Source: Chloroflexota bacterium (GTDB taxonomy: Bacteria > Chloroflexota > Dehalococcoidia > Dehalococcoidales > UBA2162). From it: a DNA stretch of 49,014 nucleotides. A program made the translations under genes and the position numbers. Every line of letters starts with the position of its first letter. Position 1 is the stretch's first letter. Under the pieces are notes generated by a model. It had not been told where the DNA came from. It saw only the letters and a program-made list of their open reading frames with translations, and made no database searches. The stretch is taken from the NCBI GenBank assembly GCA_016199495.1, contig JACQGQ010000079.1, positions 1 through 49,014 of the forward strand, in the 5' to 3' direction. Shown piece after piece: positions 35,725-45,022 of this stretch.

Positions 35725-36018
35725 AGTGAACTGAACCCTCGGGTTGGGCGTATAACTCTCATTCTAAAATGTGATATAATAATAGGTTAGATTACGGAGA
35801 AGTAGTGGCTAGATAGCGGTGACGGCTAATAAGTTTGATTCTAGAGACGCCGTCGTCTTGACCATCATCTCCATTCAGTTTACATAATGGAAAAGCCCGG
35901 TACTGGCCGGTGGTTTTGGCACGAGACTCCATCCATTAACTGGTAACAAGTTATTTAAGGCCAAGTCAGGGCGAAAGTAATCTAATACCGGCCGCTAATT
36001 GACAGGGAGCAGGCGAGT

Positions 36019-37173
36019 ATGAATTTTGAATTCACTGAAGAGCAAGCCATGATTCGTGCCACCATGCGGGATTTCGCCGAAAAGGAAATCGCCCCGCTAG
36101 CCAGTGAAAACGACCGTAATGAGCATTTTCCGGCGGATATCGTCGCCAAAATGGGGGCAATGGGCTTTCTGGGGATTAATTTACCGGCTCGATATGGGGG
36201 TGGGGATGGTGATTACATGTCCTATTGTATCATGCTTGAGGAGCTAGCCAAGGCTGATGTCGGCCTGGCAGCGGTAGTTTCAGCTCATCTTTCCCTGGCG
36301 GGGAAGAGTATCCTGAACTGGGGTAACGAAAAGCAAAAACAGGAATTCCTGCCGCGCCTAGCCAGGGGTGAGATTTTAGGTTGCCTGGCCAGTACCGAGC
36401 CTAATGTTGGTAGTGATGTCGCCAGTATTGAGACTTCGGCGACCCTTCATGGTGAGGAGTGGGTATTAAACGGTAATAAAATATGGATTACCAATGGCGG
36501 AGTAGCCGGTGTCGTTGTCGTTATCGCCCAGACCGACAGGAGTCAGGGCAGTAAAGGAATAACCGCTTTCCTGTTAGAGCCGGGCACTCCCGGATTTTCT
36601 ACCAGAGATATTCATGGCAAACTCGGGGTGCGTTCATCAAATACGGCGGAACTAATACTGCAAGACTGCCGCCTCCCCAGAGAGAATATGCTGGGACCTT
36701 TAGGTAAAGGTATGTCGGTGGCGCTGTCCGCTTTTGATAGCGCTCGCCTGGGGGTGGCGGCACGTTCCGTTGGTGGGGCTCAGGCATGCCTTGAGGCGGC
36801 CATAGCCTACGCGCAAACCCGCCGGCAGTTTGGTAAACTAATCGGCGGTTTTCAACTGATACAGGAGCTTATCGCCGATATGACTGTGGAAATTGAAGCG
36901 GCTCGTTTCCTCATCTATCGAGCGGCGACCAAGAAGGACGGAGGGGAACCAGCTACCCTGGAGGTATCGATGGCCAAGTATTATGCTTCGGAGATAGCCC
37001 TGAGAGCCGCTAATAATGCCCTGCAGATACATGGTTCCTACGGTTACAGTGACGAATTTCCCATGGCACGTATCTTGCGTGATGTCAGAGTCTCCACTAT
37101 TCTGGAGGGTACCTCTCAAATACACAAGCTGATTATTGGGCGGGCGATGACTGGTATTAATGCCTTTGTTTAG
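36019..37173 (+). CDS. Acyl-CoA dehydrogenase (short/branched-chain type)
   Basis: 384 aa with the ACAD N, M and C domain pattern (..TEPNVGSDVASIET.., ..QIHGSYGYSDEFP..). Confidence 0.85.
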   Translation: MNFEFTEEQAMIRATMRDFAEKEIAPLASENDRNEHFPADIVAKMGAMGFLGINLPARYGGGDGDYMSYCIMLEELAKADVGLAAVVSAHLSLAGKSILNWGNEKQKQEFLPRLARGEILGCLASTEPNVGSDVASIETSATLHGEEWVLNGNKIWITNGGVAGVVVVIAQTDRSQGSKGITAFLLEPGTPGFSTRDIHGKLGVRSSNTAELILQDCRLPRENMLGPLGKGMSVALSAFDSARLGVAARSVGGAQACLEAAIAYAQTRRQFGKLIGGFQLIQELIADMTVEIEAARFLIYRAATKKDGGEPATLEVSMAKYYASEIALRAANNALQIHGSYGYSDEFPMARILRDVRVSTILEGTSQIHKLIIGRAMTGINAFV

Positions 37174-37300
37174 GTCAACCCCCCGGTGTAGCCGCCGGTT
37201 GACGGGCTTCCCTGGTCTCACCACTGGAATAATAAGAAATAGAGTCGATTGCAATGAGGTATAGTCGTCAAGCGGTTACCAGATATGAACCCGAATAAGA

Positions 37301-38608
37301 ATGAGCCATAAAGAGAAAGAAGGAGAAGCGATGAGCCAAAGAAAAGGTTTACTTACCAGAAGGTCACCTCAAGAGCTTTATAGAATTATCAAGGAAAAAC
37401 TAAACGCTGGCAACGCCGAACTAGCCAGCTTCTTCTTTAATCGCGGCGCAAACTTCTACGTAATAAGTTACCAGAAGGAAGGAAAAAGAAAACATACTTT
37501 TATTGATGCCGGCGACCCGAAATATCGAAATCAGATATTACCCATCCTGATTGAAAATGATGTTGACCCGGCGGCTATTGAAAGAATTGTTATTACCCAT
37601 CGTCATCCTGACCATTGCGGACTGGTTGACCTGCTGGCTAAGGAATCCGGGGCAAAGATTCTGGTGCATTCTAATTTTAAGAGTTTTGTCGAAGGTGATA
37701 TTAAGCCCGAGGAGCGGAGATGGTTGGGTAATTTCGGTCCATCCGGGCTCAAAGAGTGTGATATTGAATATCTTTCCCAACCCGCCATGAGTGAGGTGAT
37801 AACTATCGGTGGAGTTGATTTTCCGAGTTTGATTGAACCAATTGAAATAGGGGAAGACGGCAAATTGATGATTCTGGCCTGTCCGGAAAGTACGCCAACC
37901 CATAGCCCTGACCAAATAATCATCCTTTACACCCCCCAGAACTGCCCCCACACTTATGAAAAAACGGATGGGAATTGGCCGACGACCGATGGTATACTTT
38001 TCTCCGGAGACCTCTGGCTAATGAGGGGGCCATTTGGTAACTGGAGTGTGGGCAACTTTTTCCGCCATTTCAGGTGGGGCCTCTACCGGCTGAAAAATCT
38101 GGTGTTAGGTAAGGGTCGGTCTCAGAGAAACCACCGCGAACAGGACGCAAAGGCAAAAGAAGCCCTCAAGAAAGGCTTTCACCTGGTCAGAGTAAAACCT
38201 GGCCATGGCGAAGAATTCTTAGGGAGCAGAATTATTCCTGACGGTTTGTTAGCGGAGCGTGATGTTCTGGTAGGACTGGGTTACTCTCTCGATGCTAATA
38301 AGTCGATATTGAGACAAAGTGACCTGGCTCCCCGGATAGCGGCTCTGGGGGAGCAATCTTACACCAGTTTTGTTAAGGAGTTACTTTTCTGGATAGCACT
38401 GGGCTACAGTTCCAGCGAAGTAGCGGCGTTTCTGGTGCGTATCTATCAGGAGCAATGCGGGGGAGGCTCCCTGGTTGAAAAAGACAGACTGGAAAGAAGA
38501 GAAAGGCTCAAAGAAATATTGACCAGACTAAGAGATGAGAAAAGTGAGTCTGAGGAACTACAGCAGGTGGCGGAATCGGCTCTGTCGGAGCTTGAGCGAG
38601 TTTTGTGA
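37301..38608 (+). CDS. MBL-fold metallo-hydrolase with a long helical C-terminal extension
   Basis: ITHRHPDHCG (HxHxDH). The last 130 aa or so are charged and helical. The start could be ATG 37331. Confidence 0.7.
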   Translation: MSHKEKEGEAMSQRKGLLTRRSPQELYRIIKEKLNAGNAELASFFFNRGANFYVISYQKEGKRKHTFIDAGDPKYRNQILPILIENDVDPAAIERIVITHRHPDHCGLVDLLAKESGAKILVHSNFKSFVEGDIKPEERRWLGNFGPSGLKECDIEYLSQPAMSEVITIGGVDFPSLIEPIEIGEDGKLMILACPESTPTHSPDQIIILYTPQNCPHTYEKTDGNWPTTDGILFSGDLWLMRGPFGNWSVGNFFRHFRWGLYRLKNLVLGKGRSQRNHREQDAKAKEALKKGFHLVRVKPGHGEEFLGSRIIPDGLLAERDVLVGLGYSLDANKSILRQSDLAPRIAALGEQSYTSFVKELLFWIALGYSSSEVAAFLVRIYQEQCGGGSLVEKDRLERRERLKEILTRLRDEKSESEELQQVAESALSELERVL

Positions 38609-38695
38609 TATTTATAGTGATGAGATAGCCTGGAGAAGCTTGTTTAAGCTTGCTCAGTGCCCGTTAATTCTAGCCCCCGAACGGCGCCATTTTCG

Positions 38696-39721
38696 CTAAA
38701 GATTTGCCGCCCGGTAGCTTTGGTTACCGCCGTTCTGTTTGGCATAATAAAGTGCCGCATCAGCCGCGGCGATGAGTTCATTGGCTTCTCTGCCATCACC
38801 CGGCCAGGTGGCTAAGCCGAGACTGATGGTAACTTGAATATCGTCGGCTATCACCTTGGAAACAACTTGTTTGCGGACTCGTTCAGCCACCTGGGTAGCC
38901 GCGTTAGTGGATGTATTGGGTAAAAGAATCGCGAATTCGTCACCACCGTAGCGAAAAGCCTGGTCAGAATTCCTTATCGCCTTCCTGGTAATGCCACCAA
39001 TCTGTCTGAGTAGTTCGTCACCAGCTAAATGTCCGTAAGTATCGTTATATGCCTTAAACAAGTCAAGGTCGAGAATGATTAGTGAGAAGACACCGCCGTA
39101 ACGGGAGTATCGGCTAATCTCGCTGGCCATCACTTCATTGAGAGAGCGGCGGTTAAACAATCCGGTCAGTTCATCAACGCGCGCCTTCTCGGCGGCTTCA
39201 GCATAAAGCTGGGCGAGTTGCTCCCGGAGGTATTCCTTTTCCATGCTGACCGCTACCTGGTCAGCCACATCCGTTAACAGACTGAAATCTTCAGGCGAGT
39301 AGCTGCCGGATTGCTTTTTCCCCAGCACCAGGATACCGATCAACCGGTGGCGACTTATCAAGGGTAGAAACAGCTCGATCTCATCTAACTTGATTTTTCC
39401 CGCGCCCTTTTCCCGTAGACTCCTGAAGCTGGGCAGAGTAGCTAAACTTTCTCCGGCTAACAGCTTTTTCTCTCGTCCCAGGTGCTTAATAATGGGATTT
39501 TGCCGGCTCAGTCTCAGATGAGATAAAGGGTTGTTTTTTGATCTGGGCTGGCAAAATAGGGTGGTAAAGTCTTCGCCGTAAACGTCGAGGAATAGCAGGC
39601 AGGCGTGCTTACAACCAGTGGCTTTGGTTACCAGGGTCACCAGGGTCTTACCTTGCTCCTGAAGACTAAAGACATCATATATTTTGCTGGCGAAATCGGA
39701 TAGTTTCTGGCGCTCTTTCAT
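38696..39721 (-). CDS. GAF-domain diguanylate cyclase (GGDEF) with an RxxD I-site
   Basis: 341 aa with an N-terminal GAF-like region, DELTGLFNRR, RYGGDEF, and RNSD five residues upstream of GGDEF. Confidence 0.85.
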   Translation of the reverse strand: MKERQKLSDFASKIYDVFSLQEQGKTLVTLVTKATGCKHACLLFLDVYGEDFTTLFCQPRSKNNPLSHLRLSRQNPIIKHLGREKKLLAGESLATLPSFRSLREKGAGKIKLDEIELFLPLISRHRLIGILVLGKKQSGSYSPEDFSLLTDVADQVAVSMEKEYLREQLAQLYAEAAEKARVDELTGLFNRRSLNEVMASEISRYSRYGGVFSLIILDLDLFKAYNDTYGHLAGDELLRQIGGITRKAIRNSDQAFRYGGDEFAILLPNTSTNAATQVAERVRKQVVSKVIADDIQVTISLGLATWPGDGREANELIAAADAALYYAKQNGGNQSYRAANL

Positions 39722-39825
39722 TGCTTTGCCCCTGGAAAAGCCTTGCCCGTAGTTATCAAGACAGGAGATAAAGTGTAAGTGCTCATCTTCAGGCAGTTAT
39801 TACCTCAATGGTAGCTGAATCCAGC

Positions 39826-40899
39826 TTAAATGTGTCCGTTTCCGTCACCCATAAGCTTGGTTACTTCATCAAGCTCGTTACAGTAGGCAAGCACGTTTTC
39901 ACGACTGATTATCCCCTTACGGTAAAGGTTAATCAGTGCGTTGTCAAGTAGCACCATGCCTATTCGAGTCTGGGTAAGCATGGTATTGGGTAACTGGTAG
40001 ACCTTACCCTCTCTGATATTGCTTCTTACCGCCGGGCTGGATAGCATGACCTCAACAGCGGCGGCCATGCCTGAGCCGTCAGCTTTAGGGATAAGTGCCT
40101 GAGTTAGAACACCAATAAGGAGGGATGCCAGCCGTGACTGAACTATACCACGCTCATGGGGAGGAAACATGTCTATTATTCTTTCCACAGTCTGCGGGGC
40201 ACTGGGGGCATGACCGGTGGTCAGTATTAAATGTCCGGTTTCGGCGATGGTAAGTGCTGCCGACGCCGTCTCTAGGTCTCTCATCTCGCCCACCAGAACA
40301 ACATCGGGGTCCTGCCGTAACACGTGCTTTAATGCCTCAGCAAAAGATTTGGTGTCGCCACCAAGTTCGCGCTGGGTTATGGTACACTTATCGTTAGAGT
40401 AAACGAATTCTATCGGGTCTTCGATGGTAACCAGGCGGCGGTTTTCAGTACTATTTAAGTAATTAATCATGGCACTCAGCGTCGTCGATTTGCCGCTACC
40501 GGTAGGTCCGCTAACCACCACCAGTCCCCGGGGCTTAAGAATCAGCTCTTTACAGACCGCGGGTAACCCCAGTTCCTCGATACTGGGAATAGTCGCTGGC
40601 AGCAGGCGGATGGCAAGACTGGTTGTGCCGCGCTGTTTCGCGGCATTGCAGCGGATGCGGCCGATATCAGGCACGCTGTAGCCAAAATCCAGTTCAAGGT
40701 TGTGCTCGAAGGTAGTCCTTTGCTCCTCTGAAGCGATTAGCTTGAAAGCCTGGTCGATATCATCGGGAGTTAGTGGCTCCATATCGCCTAGCGGTTGCAT
40801 CCTACCTTTAACACGGAGTAGCGGCGGGTTAAAGGCAACGATGTGTATATCAGAAGCGTTTTTTTCGGCGGCTAAATGAACCAGTGACAGAATATCCAT
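39826..40899 (-). CDS. pilT: Type IV pilus retraction ATPase
   Basis: 357 aa with Walker A GPTGSGKSTT, DPDVVLVGEMRD, a His box TGHLILTTGHA and the PilT-type AVRSNIREGK motif. Confidence 0.85.
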   Translation of the reverse strand: MDILSLVHLAAEKNASDIHIVAFNPPLLRVKGRMQPLGDMEPLTPDDIDQAFKLIASEEQRTTFEHNLELDFGYSVPDIGRIRCNAAKQRGTTSLAIRLLPATIPSIEELGLPAVCKELILKPRGLVVVSGPTGSGKSTTLSAMINYLNSTENRRLVTIEDPIEFVYSNDKCTITQRELGGDTKSFAEALKHVLRQDPDVVLVGEMRDLETASAALTIAETGHLILTTGHAPSAPQTVERIIDMFPPHERGIVQSRLASLLIGVLTQALIPKADGSGMAAAVEVMLSSPAVRSNIREGKVYQLPNTMLTQTRIGMVLLDNALINLYRKGIISRENVLAYCNELDEVTKLMGDGNGHI

Positions 40900-40903
40900 T
40901 AAC

Positions 40904-42619
40904 TCACTCTACCGTATTAAGAACCTGTTTTATATTAAGAACCAGGGAGAATTCCATTTCCCCGTCTTTAATTGCCGTCAAGCGGCTAATAGTAATCTGG
41001 CTAAATTGGCCGCTGGCTTCTAAGTTCTGGGTGTATGATAAAATTTCGCCCTCATTTGGTGACTGCCCGTTGATGGTTAATCTCTCGTTAGTGGCACTGA
41101 CACCGGTCAGGGTGATGCTATCTGGTAAGCTGTTGACCACCACTCCGGTATGACTGACGCCACCCTGCTTTTCAAAGTTGCCGATTAAGGTAAAATCGAC
41201 GCTTTCACCGGTAACAGGACTCATATTCTTCATTCCAACCTCGCCTAACCGGCCGCTTCTTTCCAATCGGCGAAAGTATGATATCGCCACCTTTCCATCT
41301 GATGCCCGGCCGTTTATGCTCAAGATGCTGTCAGTATACTTGATGCTGTTCAGAGTTATGTTACTTGTTAAGCTCTCAATGGCGACCTCAATAGCCAGGA
41401 TAATTCTGTTTTTTTGCTGGTTGAGGCTGTCAGTAGCGGCACTAAAACTAATGCGAGATACCTCAGCCTGACTGATTTTTTTCTCTAGCCCGGCGATTTT
41501 CCCGGCTAGTTCTTGTCTTTGTGATAGCTTTTGCTGGAGGAGCTGGTCGGTAATATTTAAGCGGCTTCGTATTATGGTAATATCAGCCGAAGCGCTTTGA
41601 GTAAGCATTACCAGGAGGGTGAGTAAAACAGCAACCACGGCGGCCGCGGAGGGGACAAGAATGTTAGTTAAAGAAATGGGTTTTGGTTGGTAAGGGACCG
41701 GTAGAATATTTAAACTAACGGCTGAAGCCCCGGCCTTCTTCCTGGATGAGAGCTGCTGCAGGGCTAAGCCGATGTTGACCATATAACGGCTTGGAACAAA
41801 CCCTTCAGGCCAATCCAGAGGTGACGATAGTGGTAAGACGGGGTGCCCGACCTCGTCGGATAAGGCTTGGCATAACTCTATCTCATCAGTTGGTTCTCCA
41901 GAAACAAATACAGGTATCGTGGCGTCCAGGGGATTTTCTGGATTGCCTGAATTGTAGAAGGTAATGGTTCTATCGAGTTCATTATTTATCATGGCTGTCT
42001 TGTCTTGCCAGGAGACGGCTTCACCGGGGAAGAGGATGGTGCGGACGGGCTGGGGGACACCTTTGGCCATAATGACGATATCAAATTCAGTTGTCTGCAC
42101 GTCGACGATTATTGCCGTCGCTTCCGTTACTATTCTGGCTAAGAGTAAGGGTTTCAGGTTCATCAGGTTGATACTAAGCCCGGCCTTATGCAGCCCTTTA
42201 CACAGGGCATCGGCTATCTCACGGGGTATGGCCACCAGGAAGACCCGAGTTTTCTCTGCCGGGGCGGGGATAGTCTGCCACGAGAGATACAGTTGTCCCA
42301 GAGGCACCGGTAGCGCTCTTTCCGCTTCTCGTTCCACCGCTTCATTTAGCATCTCTTTGGGTAGCTGGGGCAGAGTGATTGGCCGGGTCAGACAGCGAAA
42401 GCCGCTGATGGCGACAGCCACTTTCCTGGTGGTTATCTTCTGGACTTCGAACAGTTGCTTAATTCTAGCAACGAATTCTGCTTCCTTGACAACCACCGCG
42501 TTCTCGACCAGGCCAGGTTCTAGTGGCAACTCAGCCCATTCTTTTATCTGTTTGCCATCAGTTACCATTAGTCGTAGGCTGGTATCATTCACAAATAAAG
42601 TAACAATCTTCTTAGCCAT
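40904..42619 (-). CDS. pilMN: Fused PilM (actin-like) - TM - PilN protein with a second PilN-like module
   Basis: 571 aa. Residues 1 to about 300 are PilM-like, a TM segment spans about 318-345, and a coiled coil is followed by two successive modules with the PilN pattern (ITLNSIKY..LSINGRA...F..L and ITLTGVSA..LTINGQS...EFSLVL). Confidence 0.7.
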   Translation of the reverse strand: MAKKIVTLFVNDTSLRLMVTDGKQIKEWAELPLEPGLVENAVVVKEAEFVARIKQLFEVQKITTRKVAVAISGFRCLTRPITLPQLPKEMLNEAVEREAERALPVPLGQLYLSWQTIPAPAEKTRVFLVAIPREIADALCKGLHKAGLSINLMNLKPLLLARIVTEATAIIVDVQTTEFDIVIMAKGVPQPVRTILFPGEAVSWQDKTAMINNELDRTITFYNSGNPENPLDATIPVFVSGEPTDEIELCQALSDEVGHPVLPLSSPLDWPEGFVPSRYMVNIGLALQQLSSRKKAGASAVSLNILPVPYQPKPISLTNILVPSAAAVVAVLLTLLVMLTQSASADITIIRSRLNITDQLLQQKLSQRQELAGKIAGLEKKISQAEVSRISFSAATDSLNQQKNRIILAIEVAIESLTSNITLNSIKYTDSILSINGRASDGKVAISYFRRLERSGRLGEVGMKNMSPVTGESVDFTLIGNFEKQGGVSHTGVVVNSLPDSITLTGVSATNERLTINGQSPNEGEILSYTQNLEASGQFSQITISRLTAIKDGEMEFSLVLNIKQVLNTVE

Positions 42620-42621
42620 GG

Positions 42622-43167
42622 CTAATCACCTCGAGAGGTGTAAACAACCAGTTCAATTTCGGCGGAATTATCCCCGATGGTTGTCATCGACTTGATGACA
42701 GCGGTCTCCAGAGAGTTGTTCAGTTCAAAGAGAAAACTGACCAGATGGGGGGTATCTCCCTTAACCCTGGCCGTTAGCGGCACAACCCAGAAAGTCGATT
42801 CTCCTAATTTTTCCGCAACCGGGCTGGGTGACTTTATCTCGGTTACTTCCAGTCCGTGAGTCTTGGCAATCTCGAGGAAGGTACTGATAGTGGTCGTGCT
42901 CCTGGCTGACTCGGAAAACGGAGCCCTGACCGATTCAAATTGCGCGGTAGCTTGACTTAGCTGCTCCTCTAGCTCCGTCTGTTTCGCCGCCAGCAGCTCC
43001 AGGCGAACCCCATCTAACCGCGACTGGGTCGCGGCAAGTTGCCGATTCAACCGGGTTTTCTCGTAGACACGCTCAAAAGAAACGATACCTACCCCAGCCA
43101 GGGCAATGATAAGAACACTGGCAGCAATAATAAACAAGCTTTTTCTATTTAGTTGCAATACCTTCAC
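42622..43167 (-). CDS. pilO: PilO-like pilus assembly protein
   Basis: 181 aa with an N-terminal TM segment, a coiled coil and a ferredoxin-like C-terminal pattern (V.SFL.EL....). Position directly upstream of pilMN. Confidence 0.65.
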   Translation of the reverse strand: MKVLQLNRKSLFIIAASVLIIALAGVGIVSFERVYEKTRLNRQLAATQSRLDGVRLELLAAKQTELEEQLSQATAQFESVRAPFSESARSTTTISTFLEIAKTHGLEVTEIKSPSPVAEKLGESTFWVVPLTARVKGDTPHLVSFLFELNNSLETAVIKSMTTIGDNSAEIELVVYTSRGD

Positions 43168-43180
43168 CTGAGGTGTCTCC

Positions 43181-44053
43181 CTACTTTGTTATTTGCCAGG
43201 AGACGATATTTGTCTTGCCGTCGTCTTTAATGATGACATCAGCCACTATTTCGGCGGTAGTCCGGCCATCTTCCGGGCGCGTGGCTGTCGCCGTAATTTT
43301 GTAGCGCGTGCCCGTAATTTCACCGACCTGCCCAATATCCTCTCTCTCGGCGACTACCCAGACATATTCATCCTCCAGGCTCTCTGTTCCCGTGATATAG
43401 AAGCTTTGGCTTCTCGTCGGCTGAGTTGCCGAAACTTGAGGGCGTGGCGTACCAAATACCCAGTTGGGCAGATAAGCTCCATATGGGTCAGTCTGGATGG
43501 GGCTTGTTGGCTTGCCGAGAGATAAATTCCCGGGAAAGCTGGCGGCTGACCCCGCTTGATAGCTGTAACCAACAGGAAGCCTTGCCCCAATCTCGGCGAG
43601 CTTAATTGGTGGTTCTCCGCTTTCTCCGGCGCTGGTCTGCCAGGTGACGGTGATGGTATACTGATAGACATTACCGCCTAAATCCGTTATGTTGCCACTC
43701 ACGTCCAGCCACTCGACGTGCTCATCAGTAATGGCAATCAACTCGCCAAGATACCAGGTAAAAATTCCTAAATTCTCTGTTTGTATTCCGACTGCCATCT
43801 GGTTGATATTTTCTGACAGTTGCGCCGGTGGCGTGCCCCCTATTCCTAGCGACCACAAAGTATATTCGACGCCGGCAGCAGCCGCATAAACTCCTTCCGT
43901 CTTTTCCTCAATAATGCGGCTGCCTTTGAGGCTGGTGGTCGCATAATTAAGACTGACGGCGATTGTCAGCCCGCCGATAGCCAACAAGCCCAGGACTATA
44001 GGTAAGGCTTGCCCCCTCTCTTTACTTAATAGTCGCTTTAAAAATCTTACCAT
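43181..44053 (-). CDS. PilX/GspK-like minor pilin-type protein (no Glu5)
   Basis: 290 aa. The N-terminus KERGQALPIVLGLLAIGGLTIAV resembles the PilX_N/GspK hydrophobic segment. Confidence 0.5.
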   Translation of the reverse strand: MVRFLKRLLSKERGQALPIVLGLLAIGGLTIAVSLNYATTSLKGSRIIEEKTEGVYAAAAGVEYTLWSLGIGGTPPAQLSENINQMAVGIQTENLGIFTWYLGELIAITDEHVEWLDVSGNITDLGGNVYQYTITVTWQTSAGESGEPPIKLAEIGARLPVGYSYQAGSAASFPGNLSLGKPTSPIQTDPYGAYLPNWVFGTPRPQVSATQPTRSQSFYITGTESLEDEYVWVVAEREDIGQVGEITGTRYKITATATRPEDGRTTAEIVADVIIKDDGKTNIVSWQITK

Positions 44054-44069
44054 GGCGCTCCCCCCTTGG

Positions 44070-44603
44070 CTAAAGGCCGGGACGGCGGGTAATCTGGTAT
44101 TCTCGGCTCTCCATAGCCTGCTTAAAAACAGCCGTTAGTTTTACCGTTAGTACCGGGTCTTGATAGCTGGTGTTGCTGGTGGCGCCAGCATCAGCCGGGT
44201 CGTAGTAAATATATTGAGCTATCAGGGTCTGTTCGCTGGCTCCGGCGCTACTCTCGTACGTTCGTTTAAGTGTGCCAATGCCGTTGGTCAGGCTTTCAAG
44301 GGTATAGTTGGCTGAATGGTAAATTGGGTCACCGTCATCATCCCACTCAGTCCAGCGCAGACTTAAGAAATCTGGCAGCGTCAGATTAGCGGTGGTAGTC
44401 ACTCCCTGTGTCATCTGGGCATCACGGCTAATCCAGTAGCCGGCGTTCTCTACCTGGCGGGCCACGGTTAGATGGTCGTTATTCCGCTGAGTATTCCTCA
44501 GAATCTGAAATATCGCCACACTGGCGGCACCAGCGACCATAACTATAATCGTCATGCTTACCAGCAATTCAAGCAGAGTGTAACCTTTTTCGCCTGGCTT
44601 CAT
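44070..44603 (-). CDS. Prepilin-type N-terminal cleavage/methylation domain protein (pseudopilin)
   Basis: MKPGEKG|YTLLELLVSMTIIV: a class III signal peptide with Glu at +5. Confidence 0.8.
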   Translation of the reverse strand: MKPGEKGYTLLELLVSMTIIVMVAGAASVAIFQILRNTQRNNDHLTVARQVENAGYWISRDAQMTQGVTTTANLTLPDFLSLRWTEWDDDGDPIYHSANYTLESLTNGIGTLKRTYESSAGASEQTLIAQYIYYDPADAGATSNTSYQDPVLTVKLTAVFKQAMESREYQITRRPGL

Positions 44604-45001
44604 CTATCCGTCTTATAACCCTCCAGTGTCAATACTTGTTCACCAGAACGTTTCACGATAACGGTTATCTTCTGGATGCCGTCATCGGGTTCGTGCAGGG
44701 GTTGGGTAGTAATGTTAGCCGAATAATTGATATAGTCCTTGTCGCCAGGTATTGCTGCTGGCGGGTACTGGGTAGCGCCATAGATATAGTCGGCACTTTG
44801 CGTCCATTCCATCTGGCTTTGCCCCAGGCTCTCGGCGGTAGCCCGCTCATCGGCGGTAAAGGCGGCTTTGGAGGTAGTAACCAGGCCACCGAGAAAGATG
44901 ACGGCAATTGTGCCCAGGACGGCCAGAGCCACCACCGTTTCCAGGAAGGTCACCCCTGACTCCCGGTAAATAAAGACCTTAAAAAGGCTAAAGAATCGCA
45001 T
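44600..45001 (-). CDS. Prepilin-type N-terminal cleavage/methylation domain protein (pilin/pseudopilin)
   Basis: ...YRESG|VTFLETVVALAVLG with Glu at +5. Its stop overlaps the next pilin's start by 4 nt. Confidence 0.75.
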   Translation of the reverse strand: MRFFSLFKVFIYRESGVTFLETVVALAVLGTIAVIFLGGLVTTSKAAFTADERATAESLGQSQMEWTQSADYIYGATQYPPAAIPGDKDYINYSANITTQPLHEPDDGIQKITVIVKRSGEQVLTLEGYKTDR

Positions 45002-45022
45002 CGTATTTTCCTCAGCGGGTGG

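Noticed and set aside
35797-35874. 78-nt segment with complementary ends (ggagaag...catctcc) that looked tRNA-like
   Set aside because: The acceptor stem would have a mismatch. No D-stem pairing is possible, there is no GTTCRANYC-type T-loop, and there is no sensible anticodon arm.
38609-38695. AAGCTT-GTTT-AAGCTT hairpin between the convergent MBL and GGDEF genes as a bidirectional terminator
   Set aside because: The stem is only 6 bp and AT-rich, with no flanking T or A runs. That is not enough support to annotate it.
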